A DNA stretch of 63,963 nucleotides, counting the filler, from Octopus bimaculoides (taxonomy: Eukaryota), in the NCBI RefSeq assembly GCF_001194135.2. It is 7 parts of 7 records of this genome, joined end to end, with 100 filler letters (N's around TTAATTAATTAA, not from the genome) between each part and the next. Parts side by side here need not be neighbours in the genome. Positions count along the whole stretch, not along the records: positions 9,539 to 39,293 come from NC_068995.1; 6 more parts are not named here. One strand, given 5' to 3'. Of this stretch, positions 24,045 to 35,968 are shown piece after piece. Position 1 is the first letter of the stretch. Every line of letters begins with the position of its first letter. The notes beneath the pieces are model-generated. The model did no database searches and was not told the origin of the DNA. It saw only the letters and a program-made list of their open reading frames with translations. The position numbers were made by a program, and so were the translations under genes.

Positions 24045-25080
24045 TGAAGAGCCCCTCAGGGAACTGTACTGATACCACTATTTTTTGGTGGCTCCCACAG
24101 ACATGCCTTCAGCCACTCAGCCATACATTCAGCCACTCTCACCAGCTATGATACAAATGTATCACAGGCAGTCAAGGACCCTGATGACATCCTGAAGATG
24201 CAAAATAACCTGCGTGCAATATGCAAATGGGCTGATGAAAATAACATGCAGTTCAATGCTGTGAAGTATCAAGCACTCCACTATCGGCCCACAAACAGTC
24301 TACAGCCAGAATACACTAGGCCAGCGGGCAGTGTAATCCCAGAATCAGAGTCAGTGTGTGACCTGGGAATCCACATGAGTAATGATGCATATTACCAAGA
24401 TGGTAACACTCTGCAGGCATGTAAACTGGATGGATTCTGAGATCATTCAGCACCAGAAAAATGGACACCATGCTACTGTTATAGAGAACTTTTGTGCTTA
24501 GTAGTCTGGATTACTGATCTCTGTAGGGTGTCAAACTGGTGGCAGAACTTGAGGCAATCAAGCACCACTACACAAAGAAGATTGACTCGGTGAAATAGAT
24601 GAGCTAATGAAAGAGGCTAAAGGATTTGAAGCTCTAGTTCCTGGAGAGAAGACATGAAAGGTATACAGGGATATACATATTGGAGATCTTGAAAAGTCTA
24701 GCTCCTAAGTTTGAAACTGAAAGATATACCAACTACTGAACTGGAGTTTACTGTATAGTACCAAAGACCCCATTATCTACCTCTCAAATAAAGACCCAGT
24801 ACTCTAACAGCTTGGATTTCAAGGGTCCACAACTATTCAACATTCTACCAAAAAACCTCAGCGATTTGCAAGGTGTTGCCGTGGTGATCTTCACTGAGTG
24901 TCTGGACAAATTTTTATCTGAAATACCACAGGAACTCACAGGGTAGAGCAGCTCTATCCAACTTGCTACTTCAGCAGAAACAGTATAGAAATGAATCTCA
25001 AACATGTTGAAAGGTGGTGCTCCAGCATAGCCCCAGCCTCTAGTTGAAACCAGTAAAAGATAATGAAAGATTAAAAGATA
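24045..25080 (+). mobile_element. CR1/L2-group LINE 3' fragment
   Basis: MQNNLRAICKWADENNMQFNAVKYQALH, SVCDLGIHM, LLYRTFVLSSLDY, SLDFKGPQLFNILPKNL, LDKFLSEIP; ends in repeated taaaagat-like units. Confidence 0.85.
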
Positions 25081-25128
<48 letters not shown>

Positions 25129-25129
25129 T

Positions 25130-25350
25130 ATTTATTTTTTACTTGTTTCAATCAACAGATTGCAGTCATGCTGGGGTACCACCTTGAGGAATTTTAATCA
25201 AGTGAATCAACCCTAGTACTTATATTTTGTTAAGCCTGGTATTTGTGCTCTCAGTATCTTTTTTGCCAAACTGCTAAGTTACGGGGATGCAAACACACCA
25301 ACATCAGTTGTCAAGCAGTGGTGAAGGACAAACACAGACACCAAGCACAT
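25130..25350 (-). mobile_element. CORE-type SINE 3' half
   Basis: ttttacttgtttcaatca...catgctggggtaccacc...aagttacggggatgcaaacacacc...ggacaaacacagacac matches 1150-1365. Confidence 0.8.
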
Positions 25351-25406
25351 ACACACGCACGCACACACACGCACACACATACACATATGTATGTACATGT
25401 ATCTAT

Positions 25407-25451
<45 letters not shown>

Positions 25452-28400
25452 GTTTAACATCCACTTTCCATGCTAGCATGCGTTGGACGATTTGACTGAG
25501 TACTGCTGAACCAGATGACTACACCAGGCTCCATCTGTTTTGGCAGAGTTTCTACAGCTGGATGCCCTTCCTAACACCAACCACACCGAGAGTGTAGTGG
25601 GTGCTTTCACATGCCACCGGCACGAAGGCCAGTCAGGTGGTACTGGCAACGGCCACGCTCAAAATGGTGTATTTTACGTGCCACCTGCACAGGAGCCAGT
25701 CCAGCGGCACTGGCACGATCTCGCTCGAATGTCTTCACACGTGCCACTGGCACAAGTGCCAGGAAGGCGACGCTGGGCACAGGTGCCATCACGATTTCGC
25801 TTTCGCTTGCCCCAACAATTCTTCACAAGCCGAGTTTCGTGTCCAATGAAGGAGACGACGTTGGCATGAGTGTCAGTCGTCGAATTTAGTTCGATTTCGA
25901 TTCCGATTTCACTTGCCTCAACATGTCTTCGCAAATGGAGTCTTGTGTCCAATGAAGGAAGGTGCGCATAAGTGGGCTGGCTACACCCCTGGCGGAGGCC
26001 TTGGATTTAGGTCTCACTTGGCTTGCTGGGTCTTCTCCCGCACAGTGTATTTCCAAAGGTCTCGGTCAGAAGTCATCGCCTCAGTGAGGCCCAATGTTCG
26101 AAGGTCGTGCCTCACCACCTCATCCCAGGTCTTCCTGGGCCTACCTCTTCCACAGGTTCCCTAAACTGCTAGGGAGTGGCACTTTTTCCCACAATTATCG
26201 TCATCCATTCTCGCCACATGACCATACCAGCGCAATTGTCTCTCTTGCACACCACAACTGATGCTTCTTAGGTTCAACTTTTATCTCAAGGTGCTTACGC
26301 TCTGTCTAGTATGTACACTGACATTACACATCCATCGGAGCATACTGGCTTTATTCCTTGTGAGCCTACGCATGTCTTCAACAGTCACGGCCCATGTTTC
26401 ACTGCCATGAGGCATGGCCGTTCGTACACATACGTCATACAGTCTGCCTCTTACTCTGAGAGAAAGACCCTTTGTCACCAGCATAGGTAGGAGCTCTCTG
26501 AACTTTGCCCAGGCTATTCTTATTCTAGCAGCTACACTTTCAGCGCACCCTCCCCCACTACTAACTTGGTCACCTAGATAGCGGAAGCTATCAACTACGT
26601 CTAGTTTTTCTCCCTGGAATGTGGCAGAAGTTGTTTTCTGCACATTCACAGTGTTTATTGCTCCTGAACATCTACTACATACAAAAACTAACTTCCTAGT
26701 TAACCTTCCTTTGATATTGCTGCACCTCTTATGTGTCCATAGCTTGCACTTGGTGCATCTTATAGAGTTTCTGCCTACGCCTTTTCNNNNNNNNNNNNNN
26801 NNNNNNNNNNNNNNNNNNNNNNNNNNNNNNNNNNNNNNNNNNNNNNNNNNNNNNNNNNNNNNNNNNNNNNNNNNNNNNNNNNNNNNNNNNNNNNNNNNNN
26901 NNNNNNNNNNNNNNNNNNNNNNNNNNNNNNNNNNNNNNNNNNNNNNNNNNNNNNNNNNNNNNNNNNNNNNNNNNNNNNNNNNNNNNNNNNNNNNNNNNNN
27001 NNNNNNNNNNNNNNNNNNNNNNNNNNNNNNNNNNNNNNNNNNNNNNNNNNNNNNNNNNNNNNNNNNNNNNNNNNNNNNNNNNNNNNNNNNNNNNNNNNNN
27101 NNNNNNNNNNNNNNNNNNNNNNNNNNNNNNNNNNNNNNNNNNNNNNNNNNNNNNNNNNNNNNNNNNNNNNNNNNNNNNNNNNNNNNNNNNNNNNNNNNNN
27201 NNNNNNNNNNNNNNNNNNNNNNNNNNNNNNNNNNNNNNNNNNNNNNNNNNNNNNNNNNNNNNNNNNNNNNNNNNNNNNNNNNNNNNNNNNNNNNNNNNNN
27301 NGACTTTCATTACCTGATCTAACAGCTTGATGCCTCTGTAATTATTTGTATCTAAAGCGTCACCTTTACCTTTGTAGCAGTTGACTATGGTGCTGCTACA
27401 CCAGTCATTGGGTATGACTCCTTCGTGTATCACCTGGGTAACAATACGGATGACTAGGCTATAGCCGACACTGCCAGATATTTTGAGCATCTCTGCAGTG
27501 ATTCCTGTTGGGCCGGGGGCCTTCCCTGTCTTCATACTCTTAATTGCTTTAACTACCATGGTACTGTCAACTCGGATAGCTGGTCCTCTGTTGGGTCGGT
27601 ATTCGGCAGACTCTCTTTCTCCCATTCTTTCTCTTTATTGAGCAATCTTTCGTAGTGGCGTCTCCAAACCACTTTTTTTGCAGCCTCTTTTAGTGCAAGC
27701 GTACCATCATCCATGCGAACACATTTCTCTCCCACGACATCACGATTCTCTCTCACACACTGTCTTGCAACACGAAATACCTCAAGTTTTTGACCCTCAC
27801 GGCGAAGAACATTGGCAATGTTTTTCTTATCTGCTTCTCCTCTGGCTAAATAAACCTGTCTCCTAGCTTCCCTTCTGGCAGTCTGATACAATTCCCTTCT
27901 ACCACCATTCTTCCAGTCCTTCCAAGCCTGTTTATTTTGTCTAATAGCTCTGTCAACAACATTGTTCCACCACCACGTTATTTTGGGTCGAGAGGGGACT
28001 TTGCAACATCCACAGATCTGGTCAGTGGCTCTCAGCAGATTATCCCGTTGAAACCTCCAGTTGTCTTGTACATCGTGTGAAGCTATATCCCCTTCTATTT
28101 CATCAAAGGCTTCGAGTAACACATCTCTAAATCTCTGTCTATTTACAGGATCTTTAAACTTCCTGACCCTTCTCCTCCAAGCTGGTCTACTTCTGGGCAT
28201 CCATTTAGCCTTGATCCCGAAGTCGCTAACTACTAATCTATGTTGAGGGGTACATTCTTTGCCAGGGAAGGTTTTGGCATTTATAAGCAGTCCTCTTTCC
28301 CTTTTTCTGTTGAGGACGTAGGCGATTTGGCTAGTGTATCTGCCAGAACGTTAGGTGACTGGCAGGTTTCCTGAAGTTAGTATTGCAAACCATAAAGTCA

Positions 28401-29600
28401 TTTGCATCACAGAACTCCAGCAGCCTGGTTCCCTCCTCATTGCGGGAACCAAAACCATAGCCTCCATGTATGCCATGAAAGCCTCCAGCACGACGTCCGA
28501 CATGACCATTGAAATCACCAGCCACAAAGAGAAGGTNNNNNNNNNNAGGTCCCTGTCATTCGTCGACGAGATTGTCTGCAGGAGGGTGTCATAAAATCGG
28601 TCTTTCTGTTCGTCAGGATGCCTGGACTGAGGGGCATAGGCCGAGATAATGGTTGCTAACCCATGGTGAAGGACTAATCTAATCTTAAGTATTCTATCGC
28701 ACTCTCTAACTACCTCGATTACCTTATCCACCCATTTTTCTGCAAGAAGTATACCCACGCCCCCGTCTGTGTTTCCTGCCCAGAAAATCTTGTACCTGTG
28801 TTCTTTACCTGTGAGTAACCTAGCGGAACCTCCTATCCATCTTAATTCTTGGAGGCAGCAGATATCGACACATCTCCGTTCAAGCATCTCAACAATTTCA
28901 CCAGACCTACCTTTCAGTGTGCCGACGTTAAGAGTGCCAACCCTGAGGGTGTGGGAGGTATGGGCCCGTGAAACCCTGGGGTGGGGAACAGCAGCGTCAT
29001 GTTCCTGAAAAGAAAGCTCGCATTTTGCAGAATTCATAACAATTGGTAGCATTCATTTCAGCCAGCATCTACTACACTATCGTATTTTGCACCATATGAT
29101 CTCTACCTTACATAGGGGATAAACCCTAAGTGGGGGTGGGGGGAATGGTGAGAAGTATTTAGAAGTGTTCATGGGAGACAGTCAAGAACTTATGGTACTG
29201 GTGAGGAAGATAAGAAATACCGGTACTGGTGGAGAAGATAGGAACTTCCGGTACTGGAGTAGAAGATAGGAACTTCCGGTACTGGTGGAGGGGGTGGGAG
29301 GGCGGATGCACCAATGCCATGCCATTGCTGATAGGTATTTTGGTCGAGTGGGGGGAATTGGGGTGAGTGCACTAATTTTATAGACCTGGCGATGCAAGGG
29401 GTCAATCGAAAGAGGGAGGAGAAGAGAGATAGAGAGCTAGGGAGTGGGATCGAGAGAGACATAGGAAAGCAGATATCGAAAGAGACAGAGTAAAGCAGAG
29501 AGGGAGCACGAGGGAGGTAGAGAAATATTTTGGGGGGATTTCTGTCGCCTAGACACAGTAAATATTGAATGGTAGAAATATAGGATTGAGAAATAAGGGT
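25407..29600 (-). mobile_element. Near full-length RTE retrotransposon (APE and RT), pseudogenised, with internal gap
   Basis: LRVGTLNVGTLKGRSGEIVEMLERR, CCLQE, ISAYAPQ, AGDFNGHVG, WWWN, KAPGPTGITAEMLK, NYRGIKLL, FRYLGDQV, RIRIAWAKFRELLP; 3' UTR and long (CAT)n tail; the 5' UTR limit is approximate. Confidence 0.95.
29212..29290. repeat. 28-bp tandem repeat in the RTE 5' region
   Basis: ccggtactggNNNagaagataggaactt repeated about three times. Confidence 0.85.
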
Positions 29601-29611
29601 TTTCGGCCAGC

Positions 29612-29748
29612 TGGGCTTCTTTCAGTTTCCATCTACTAAATCCACTCACAAGGCTTTGATCAGCCCGAGGCTATAGTAGAAGATGCCATGCAGTGGGACT
29701 GAATGTGAAACTATGTGGTTGGGAAGCAAACTTCTTACCACAGTACCA
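29612..29748 (-). mobile_element. CORE-type SINE head/core
   Basis: gggcttctttcagtttccatctactaaatccactcacaaggctttg...atgtggttgggaagcaaacttcttaccacag. Confidence 0.85.
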
Positions 29749-29787
29749 TATCTGACACACACACACACACACATACACACACATATA

Positions 29788-31032
29788 TTGGGTTGGCAAC
29801 TAAGTTCCCGCCGTTTTTTTTTTTTTTTTTTAAAAGGTAAAATAAAAAATAACAACTAATTAATCAATAATGTATTCACCCTTGTTGTTTACAACTTCTT
29901 CCCAACGTTCAACAAGATTTTCAATACCTCGTTGGTAGAAATCACCCAATTTCGACTCGAAAAATTGATCCAACCAAGCTCTCAATTCTGCATCAGAATT
30001 GAACGAAACTCCGCGCATAGCATTTGAAAGAGATCAAAAGATGTGGAGATCCACTGGTGCCAAATCAGGAGAGTACAGTGGGTGTGGCAGCACTTCCCAG
30101 CCACGCATTTGAATAGCTTCCTTGGTCATATTGGCGATATGAGAGCGGGCGTTGTCATGCAGCAGAAAAACTCCATGCTGCCAATTAGGTCTTTTCTCTT
30201 GAATAGCTGTGTTGAGTTGTTCCATCTGTTGAACATAGATTTCCATGTTAACCGTTTGATTCCGTTCAAGCAATTCGTAATGGATAATCCTTTCCCAGTC
30301 CCACCATACGCACAACATCGTTTTACGCGCGATGTTGCTTGTTTACTGAGGCTAAGCTATTCTTTACGCTGTTTCATATTGATGTACAGGCACCATTTTT
30401 TGTTGCCTGTAATGATTCAGTAAAGAAATCGTTGCTTGTGTCCATGAGTTGAGCAGTGACGAGCAAGCAAACCAGCGGAGATTGTGACTCATTGATTTTT
30501 GTTGTTGTCACTTAAAGCATGCGGAACCCATGCTCCATACTTCTGAACCGTTCCCATCAAGTGAAGATGCTTCTCTATAGCAGTGTGGGAGCATTCCATT
30601 TTCTCTGCCACTTCCCTTGTCATTTGACAAGAATTTTCGTGCAAAAGTTGGTTTAATCGCTCGTCATCAAACTCAACTGGAGGTCAAAATTTCCATTTTT
30701 GAACTTGGCATACCAATCATGAGCAGTTCTTTCAGCTATGGCACCCTCTCCATACACAGCACAAATGTCACGAGCAGCTCTTGCGGGCTTAAAACCTTGA
30801 TTAAAACCAAAAAGAAGGAGGTGCCAAAAATGCTCGTTTTTCCTAATTTGATATTCCATTTTAATGATCTGAAAATAAACAAAAATTAACTAAAATTAAC
30901 TAGAAAAAAAAAATAAATAAATTCCCAAAGGATTCAAAAATAGAATTTGCGAAAAAGAATAGATTCCAAAATTTAAAAATGCAATAAATTCCAAAATTTA
31001 AAAAAACAGCGGGAACTTAGTTTCCAATCCAA
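29788..31032 (-). mobile_element. Full-length mariner transposon with decayed transposase
   Basis: TIRs ttgggttggcaactaagttcccgccg / cagcgggaacttagtttccaatccaa, TA at the left flank; KNEHFWHLLLF, LHDNARSH, HPLYSPDLAPVD; frameshifts present. Confidence 0.95.
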
Positions 31033-31189
31033 TGTACATATATATATATATACATATATTATTCAATTAAAATACAGAGTATTTTAAATGAATAATATAT
31101 AGTCTATTTACTAATTATTTCTTCTCACTAGACCACTGGTAGTAAATAAAATCTCTAAAAATTTTTTTTTTGCTACCCTATGATTTATT

Positions 31190-31230
<41 letters not shown>

Positions 31231-31402
31231 CGTTTTGAGAAAGAAGATTGATTTCAAATTCTCTCACAGTGTAGACGTTTGGACTTAGAAGTGCTCAAGA
31301 GTAACTTGAGACGAAAGATATAAATATGTAATGTGAAGAAACAAAATTGGAGTCATGTTTGCGGATTGAATTACGATGTTTTTTGTTTCTTCACATTACA
31401 TA

Positions 31403-32420
31403 TCATCATCATCATCGCTTAACGTCCGCTTACCATGCTAGCATGGGTTGGACGATTTGACTCGGGAGTGGTGAAACCAGATGGCTACACCAGGCTCCAA
31501 TCTGATTTGGCAGAGTTTCTATAGCTGGATGCTATACCTACTTTCAGCTATACCTACTTTCCTCAGTGACAACCAAATTAATGAGCATAATACCCAGTCA
31601 AGTGCTTTCTCTGAATCAATGAAAACCAGGTATAGCAGTTTATTCTTAGCCAGGTATTTCTCCTGTAGCTGCCTCACTAGGAAGATTGCATCTATAGTGC
31701 CTGTCATGAATCAATTGGGCCATAACTTTTTCCATGATCTTCATAACTTGGTCTAATAGTTTGATTCCTCTACAGTTGCTTCTAAGGTATCTCCTTTGCC
31801 TTTGTAGCAGTTTACAATGACACTGCTAAATCAGTCATTCAGTGTAACACCTTCCACTTGCATCCTACTCCCCCAGATATTTTGAGCATCTCTGTAACTA
31901 TCCCTGAAGAGCTCATAGCTTTTCCCCTCTTTATGTCCTTGATTACTTTATCTACCACACTTCTATAAACTGAAATTGCTGATCCCTCGATTGGGTCAGC
32001 ATAGGGTAATTCCTATTTAACCTATGCATTCTTCATGTTCAGCAGCCTTTCATAATAGCACTTCCTTTTGTTCCATATCATCATCATGTCTTATTTGCCT
32101 TCATCATTCTAAATACACTTGTCACCAATAACATCTCGGTTCTCTTTCACACATTGTCTCACAATCCTGAACCCCTCATGTTGCAGGTTCAGACGATCAT
32201 GTACAAATCTTTTCTTTTATACTTTACACTTAATGAAATACACCAAACGCCTAGATGTCCTTCTAGCCATTTAATAATGCTCCTTACAACCACCCTTCCA
32301 TGTTTTCCAAGCTGATCTCTTAGCCTTAGCTGCCCTATCAACCTTATGAATCCAACACCATGTTACTCTTGACTTGGCTCGGATCTTCCTTTAGCCACAT
32401 GCCTAATGTGTAGCCCTAAG
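31403..32420 (-). mobile_element. Older RTE copy (3' tail fused to RT region by internal deletion)
   Basis: (CAT)n tail and UTR at 31403-31535; GTIDAIFLVRQLQEKYLAKNKLLYLVFIDSEKALD and upstream RT remnants. Confidence 0.85.
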
Positions 32421-32688
32421 CAGATTATTTCATAGAAATTTCAGATTAAAAATAAATATACAGACAGTTGATAAAATTAGCTTTAACTCTTTATACATGT
32501 CATCTAGTAGAAATATAAAAAAAAAAAATTTCACAAGACAAAATTTAATAAGAATAGTGAAAGTAAATAGTGAATATTCATGATCAACATCTCTAAACTA
32601 TCCATAATGCATCATAAAACATAATGAAACAAATTAAATGAATTCAAATTTGAAATAAAAATGAAACTCAAAATATTTGAAGTAAAAC

Positions 32689-32694
32689 TTTATT
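32689..32694 (-). terminator. Putative AATAAA polyadenylation signal of the NDUFV3-like gene
   Basis: tttatt on plus, about 70 nt downstream of the TAA at 32767. Confidence 0.5.
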
Positions 32695-32766
32695 TTCAAA
32701 TAACTATCAATACATTGATAACAACAAATTGGTAATTATTATTTCACTATTGAATATTGTCAAGAA

Positions 32767-32900
32767 TTAATTGTGTACTGGAGTTGGTTGTAGTGCCCGG
32801 TATTTTTCCATTTCTGTTTCAATATCATAAAATGTCATAGGATTATGTTCAAAATATTCTTTACATTTGAAAGAGGCATTGTCAATATCTTCTGCCAAAA
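32767..32900 (-). CDS. NDUFV3: NDUFV3-like complex I subunit, exon 3 (terminal)
   Basis: Strong acceptor ttttaattttag; (V)LAEDIDNASFKCKEYFEHNPMTFYDIETEMEKYRALQPTPVHN*. FYDIETEMEKYRALQP resembles the conserved NDUFV3 C-terminal motif (human TFLDLNLELSKFRMPQP, recalled). Confidence 0.8.
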
Positions 32901-34069
32901 CTAAAATTAAAAAAAAAAGAAATCTTCTAAACCAAAAGGATTACCTTAAACATAAACATTAAGCAAATTATACAACTAAAAGAGATTACCTGCACAGAAA
33001 AACTCTTGAGCCAACAAAGGTGCCTCTACTTATTCAACCTGCTAGAGACAGCAGTTAAATATTACTTAAATCATACCTTGCCATCTCAAATAAGGGGACA
33101 CATTAGATGATGTAGTCCTAAGAAGACAAGATAGTTACACCATTAATCATTGATCTCGTTAATCAGAGCTGAATTAGAGTTATTCAACAACAGCTAAGAT
33201 ATTAAAACTTAACTCAAGATTCAATGAATGATTGTTTTTTTGTTTTTCGTTTGTTTTTTTTTTATCAGGAGGGAAGATATTGCCTGTGACCTTTTACAAA
33301 GCATCCAAGACTAGTGGAAAAGAAGGAGAAAGTCATCCACAAACTAAAAACCTAGCCCAGTGGATTGAAACAGAATGGGCTCCACTAAAGGCAACCAAGG
33401 TGCTAGGTGGTGGTGTTAAATCAGGCAATAGATTAAGTCTACCACCAAAATGGATTTGAACTCTAAATGGAAACATTCTTACTGTTCTCCTGATCCACTG
33501 CCCTAGATCAGTACATTTTTAACAACTCTAGAAGGATGAGCAGCAAAATTAACTTCAGACCACAGAAAGTAACAAATATCATAAGGTTGTTCTATCTGAC
33601 TCTACCAATTCTCCATCTAAAGTTGGATTCAATTTCACTTTGTTTCAACTCTCACAAATACTAAAGATACAAGTCAAACACAACTCAGCAGACATTAAAA
33701 CATGTTAAAATCTCTCTCTCTTTCCCATCTGATACAAACAAACAAAACATACATTACTACAAAAATGGTCTGCTGAATTAAAAATTACATCCAAGAATCC
33801 CAAGGAGTTTATGCTTCCAAATTCCAAGTTCCCCTTATTGTTACAAATATAGAATTCTTCACTGACCACATGGTATGAGACAATCATTCCATTTATTTCT
33901 GGTTACAAATTCAAATCTGTTTATGCTCGAATTCTTTGGGAAATTATATTCATCACACATTTGACAACAGTTAAAGAGCAATTGTAAACTTACACTTAGG
34001 AATGCCTTACAAAATAAGGCATTCCTAACAAAATGAGATCAGCCTATGAACTTTATAGCTGATTCTGTA

Positions 34070-35595
34070 TTTGGATCGGCTGAAAAGTTCATAGGCTGAC
34101 CAAGATACTCTCATCAAATGTGACCAAATGACGTTTATTTTTCAACATAGTCCCAACACTTCCATCGGTGTTGCAGTGCTTGGATTCCATTGGTGAAGAA
34201 GCCTTCATATTATTTGTAGAAAAAGTCATCAACAGCAGATATGACATCATCACTGCAATACTGTTTCCCAACCAAGTATTTTCTTATGTTGGGGAACAGA
34301 TAATAGTCAGATAGGGCCAAATCAGAAGAATAAGAATGATGATCAACCAGTTCTAAGCCACAATCACACACAGCAGCTATTGAAACCAAGGACTTATGTG
34401 CTACAGCATTGTCCTGGTGAAACAAGGTCCCTTTCATCAGTTTTACTGGGCATTTGATCTTGATAACTTTTCTGAACTGCCTCAGTAAGGTGGCATCATC
34501 ATCATCATCATCATCATCATCGTTTAACGTCCGCTTTCTATGCTAGCATGGGTTGGATGATTTGACTGAGGACTGGTGAAACCAGATGGCTACACCAGGC
34601 TCCAATCTGATTGGGCAGAGTTTCTACAGCTGGATGCCCTTCCTAACGCCAACCACTCAGAGTGTAGTGGGTGCTTTTACGTGCCACCGGCACGAAGGCC
34701 AGTAAGGCGGTACTGGCAACGGCCACGCTCAAAATGGTGTATTTTACGTGCCACCCACACAGGAGCCAGTTCGGTGGCACTGGCAACGATCTCGCTTGAA
34801 TGTCTTTACACATGCCATGGCACTTGTGGCATAATATTCTCTATTAATTGTTTGGCCCTTTTCAAAATAGCAAACACTTTCGCATCCCAAAAAACTGAGG
34901 TCATCACCTTCCCAGCAGATGAAACAACCTTGGCCTTCTTTGGAGCAGATGAGGAAGGGTGTTCTACTACATGGAGTGTCTCTTTCTCCCTGGCTCAAAT
35001 TCATTAACCCAACACTTACCTTTGGTTAAGAAACATTCAAGGAAACCAGCCAGATATGCTTCAAACAATGTCAGATTTTCCCATAACATGATCAACCTGG
35101 TGCACTTTTCACCAGATATCAGAAGACAGCAGCCAGCAAGTAGAAACTTCATCATGCCAAGTTCATTGTACAGAATATTCTCAACTCTTTCACATATATT
35201 AATAGCATTGGCTATTTGATTTATAGTCAATCACTTATCATCCATCACCATATAGTGAACATGATCAATATTTTCCTTAGTGGTGGCAGTTGCAAGACGT
35301 CCAAACATTGGATCGCTTTTGCACTATTGCACTGAAGCAACATCTAATGAAGCAACCATGTGCTTGGGGGCTAAAGCCTTTTTCTGCAGTTACTTGACAA
35401 ACCACAATGCCAAATTTTGTCCATTTTCAAGAGAAATCAATACTAGTTACTTTTGAAGTCTTCTTTGAACTGTCAGATGTCAGTGTACCTGGAAAGAAAC
35501 AAAGTGGTTATTAATAAGAAGAGTTGAAATTAATGCATGTAAGATTTCACAGATTTCCTTCATAGTCAGCCTATGAACTTTTCAGCTCACCCTTG
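34070..35595 (-). mobile_element. Irritans-like mariner, decayed, in intron 2 of the NDUFV3-like gene, with nested RTE tail
   Basis: TIRs ..cggctgaaaagttcataggctgac / gtcagcctatgaacttttcagctcacccttg; FHQDNAVAH, YSSDLALSDYYLFP, SAGKVMTSVFWDAK. Confidence 0.9.
34497..34825 (-). mobile_element. RTE 3' UTR insertion with 7-bp target-site duplication
   Basis: gtggcat at 34490-34496 and 34826-34832; removing the insert restores the mariner reading EYYA.LLRQ. Confidence 0.85.
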
Positions 35596-35850
35596 TGTGT
35601 AAATACTTTCTTTGAATTTCCTACATTTATCAATAAAATTATATAATATTACCTTGCTGTTTAACTCTTATGCCAAACCATCTAATCCATGCCTCAGTAG
35701 GGTTCTGTATATTTGGTTTTCTCTGTACTTACTTCAATACTAGAGTTTTGCTCCAGCAGGTTTGGCTGGAATTTTTACAAAACTTTCAACACTGAAAAAA
35801 AATAATAATTCAATTCGCTCTGCATCCAAAAAATTTTAATGTTTGCTCAC

Positions 35851-35968
35851 CTTGGGAGTCAGGTGCATCATCTGTAGGTGCATCATGTGTAGGGGCATCA
35901 TTTGTAGGTACATCTTTTCTAGGTACATCTTTTGTAACACTTTCAGAAGAAATTTTATCACAAAATGC
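35851..35968 (-). CDS. NDUFV3: NDUFV3-like exon 2 (118 nt, phase 0 to 1) with 15-bp tandem repeat
   Basis: Acceptor tttttttttatag, donor CAAG|gtgagc; AFCDKISSESVTKDVPRKDVPTNDAPTHDAPTDDAPDSQ; phases match exons 1 and 3. Confidence 0.75.

Noticed and set aside
29200-29290. Short direct repeats resembling a CRISPR array
   Set aside because: The units are contiguous with no unique spacers, the context is a eukaryotic RTE UTR, and there are no cas genes.
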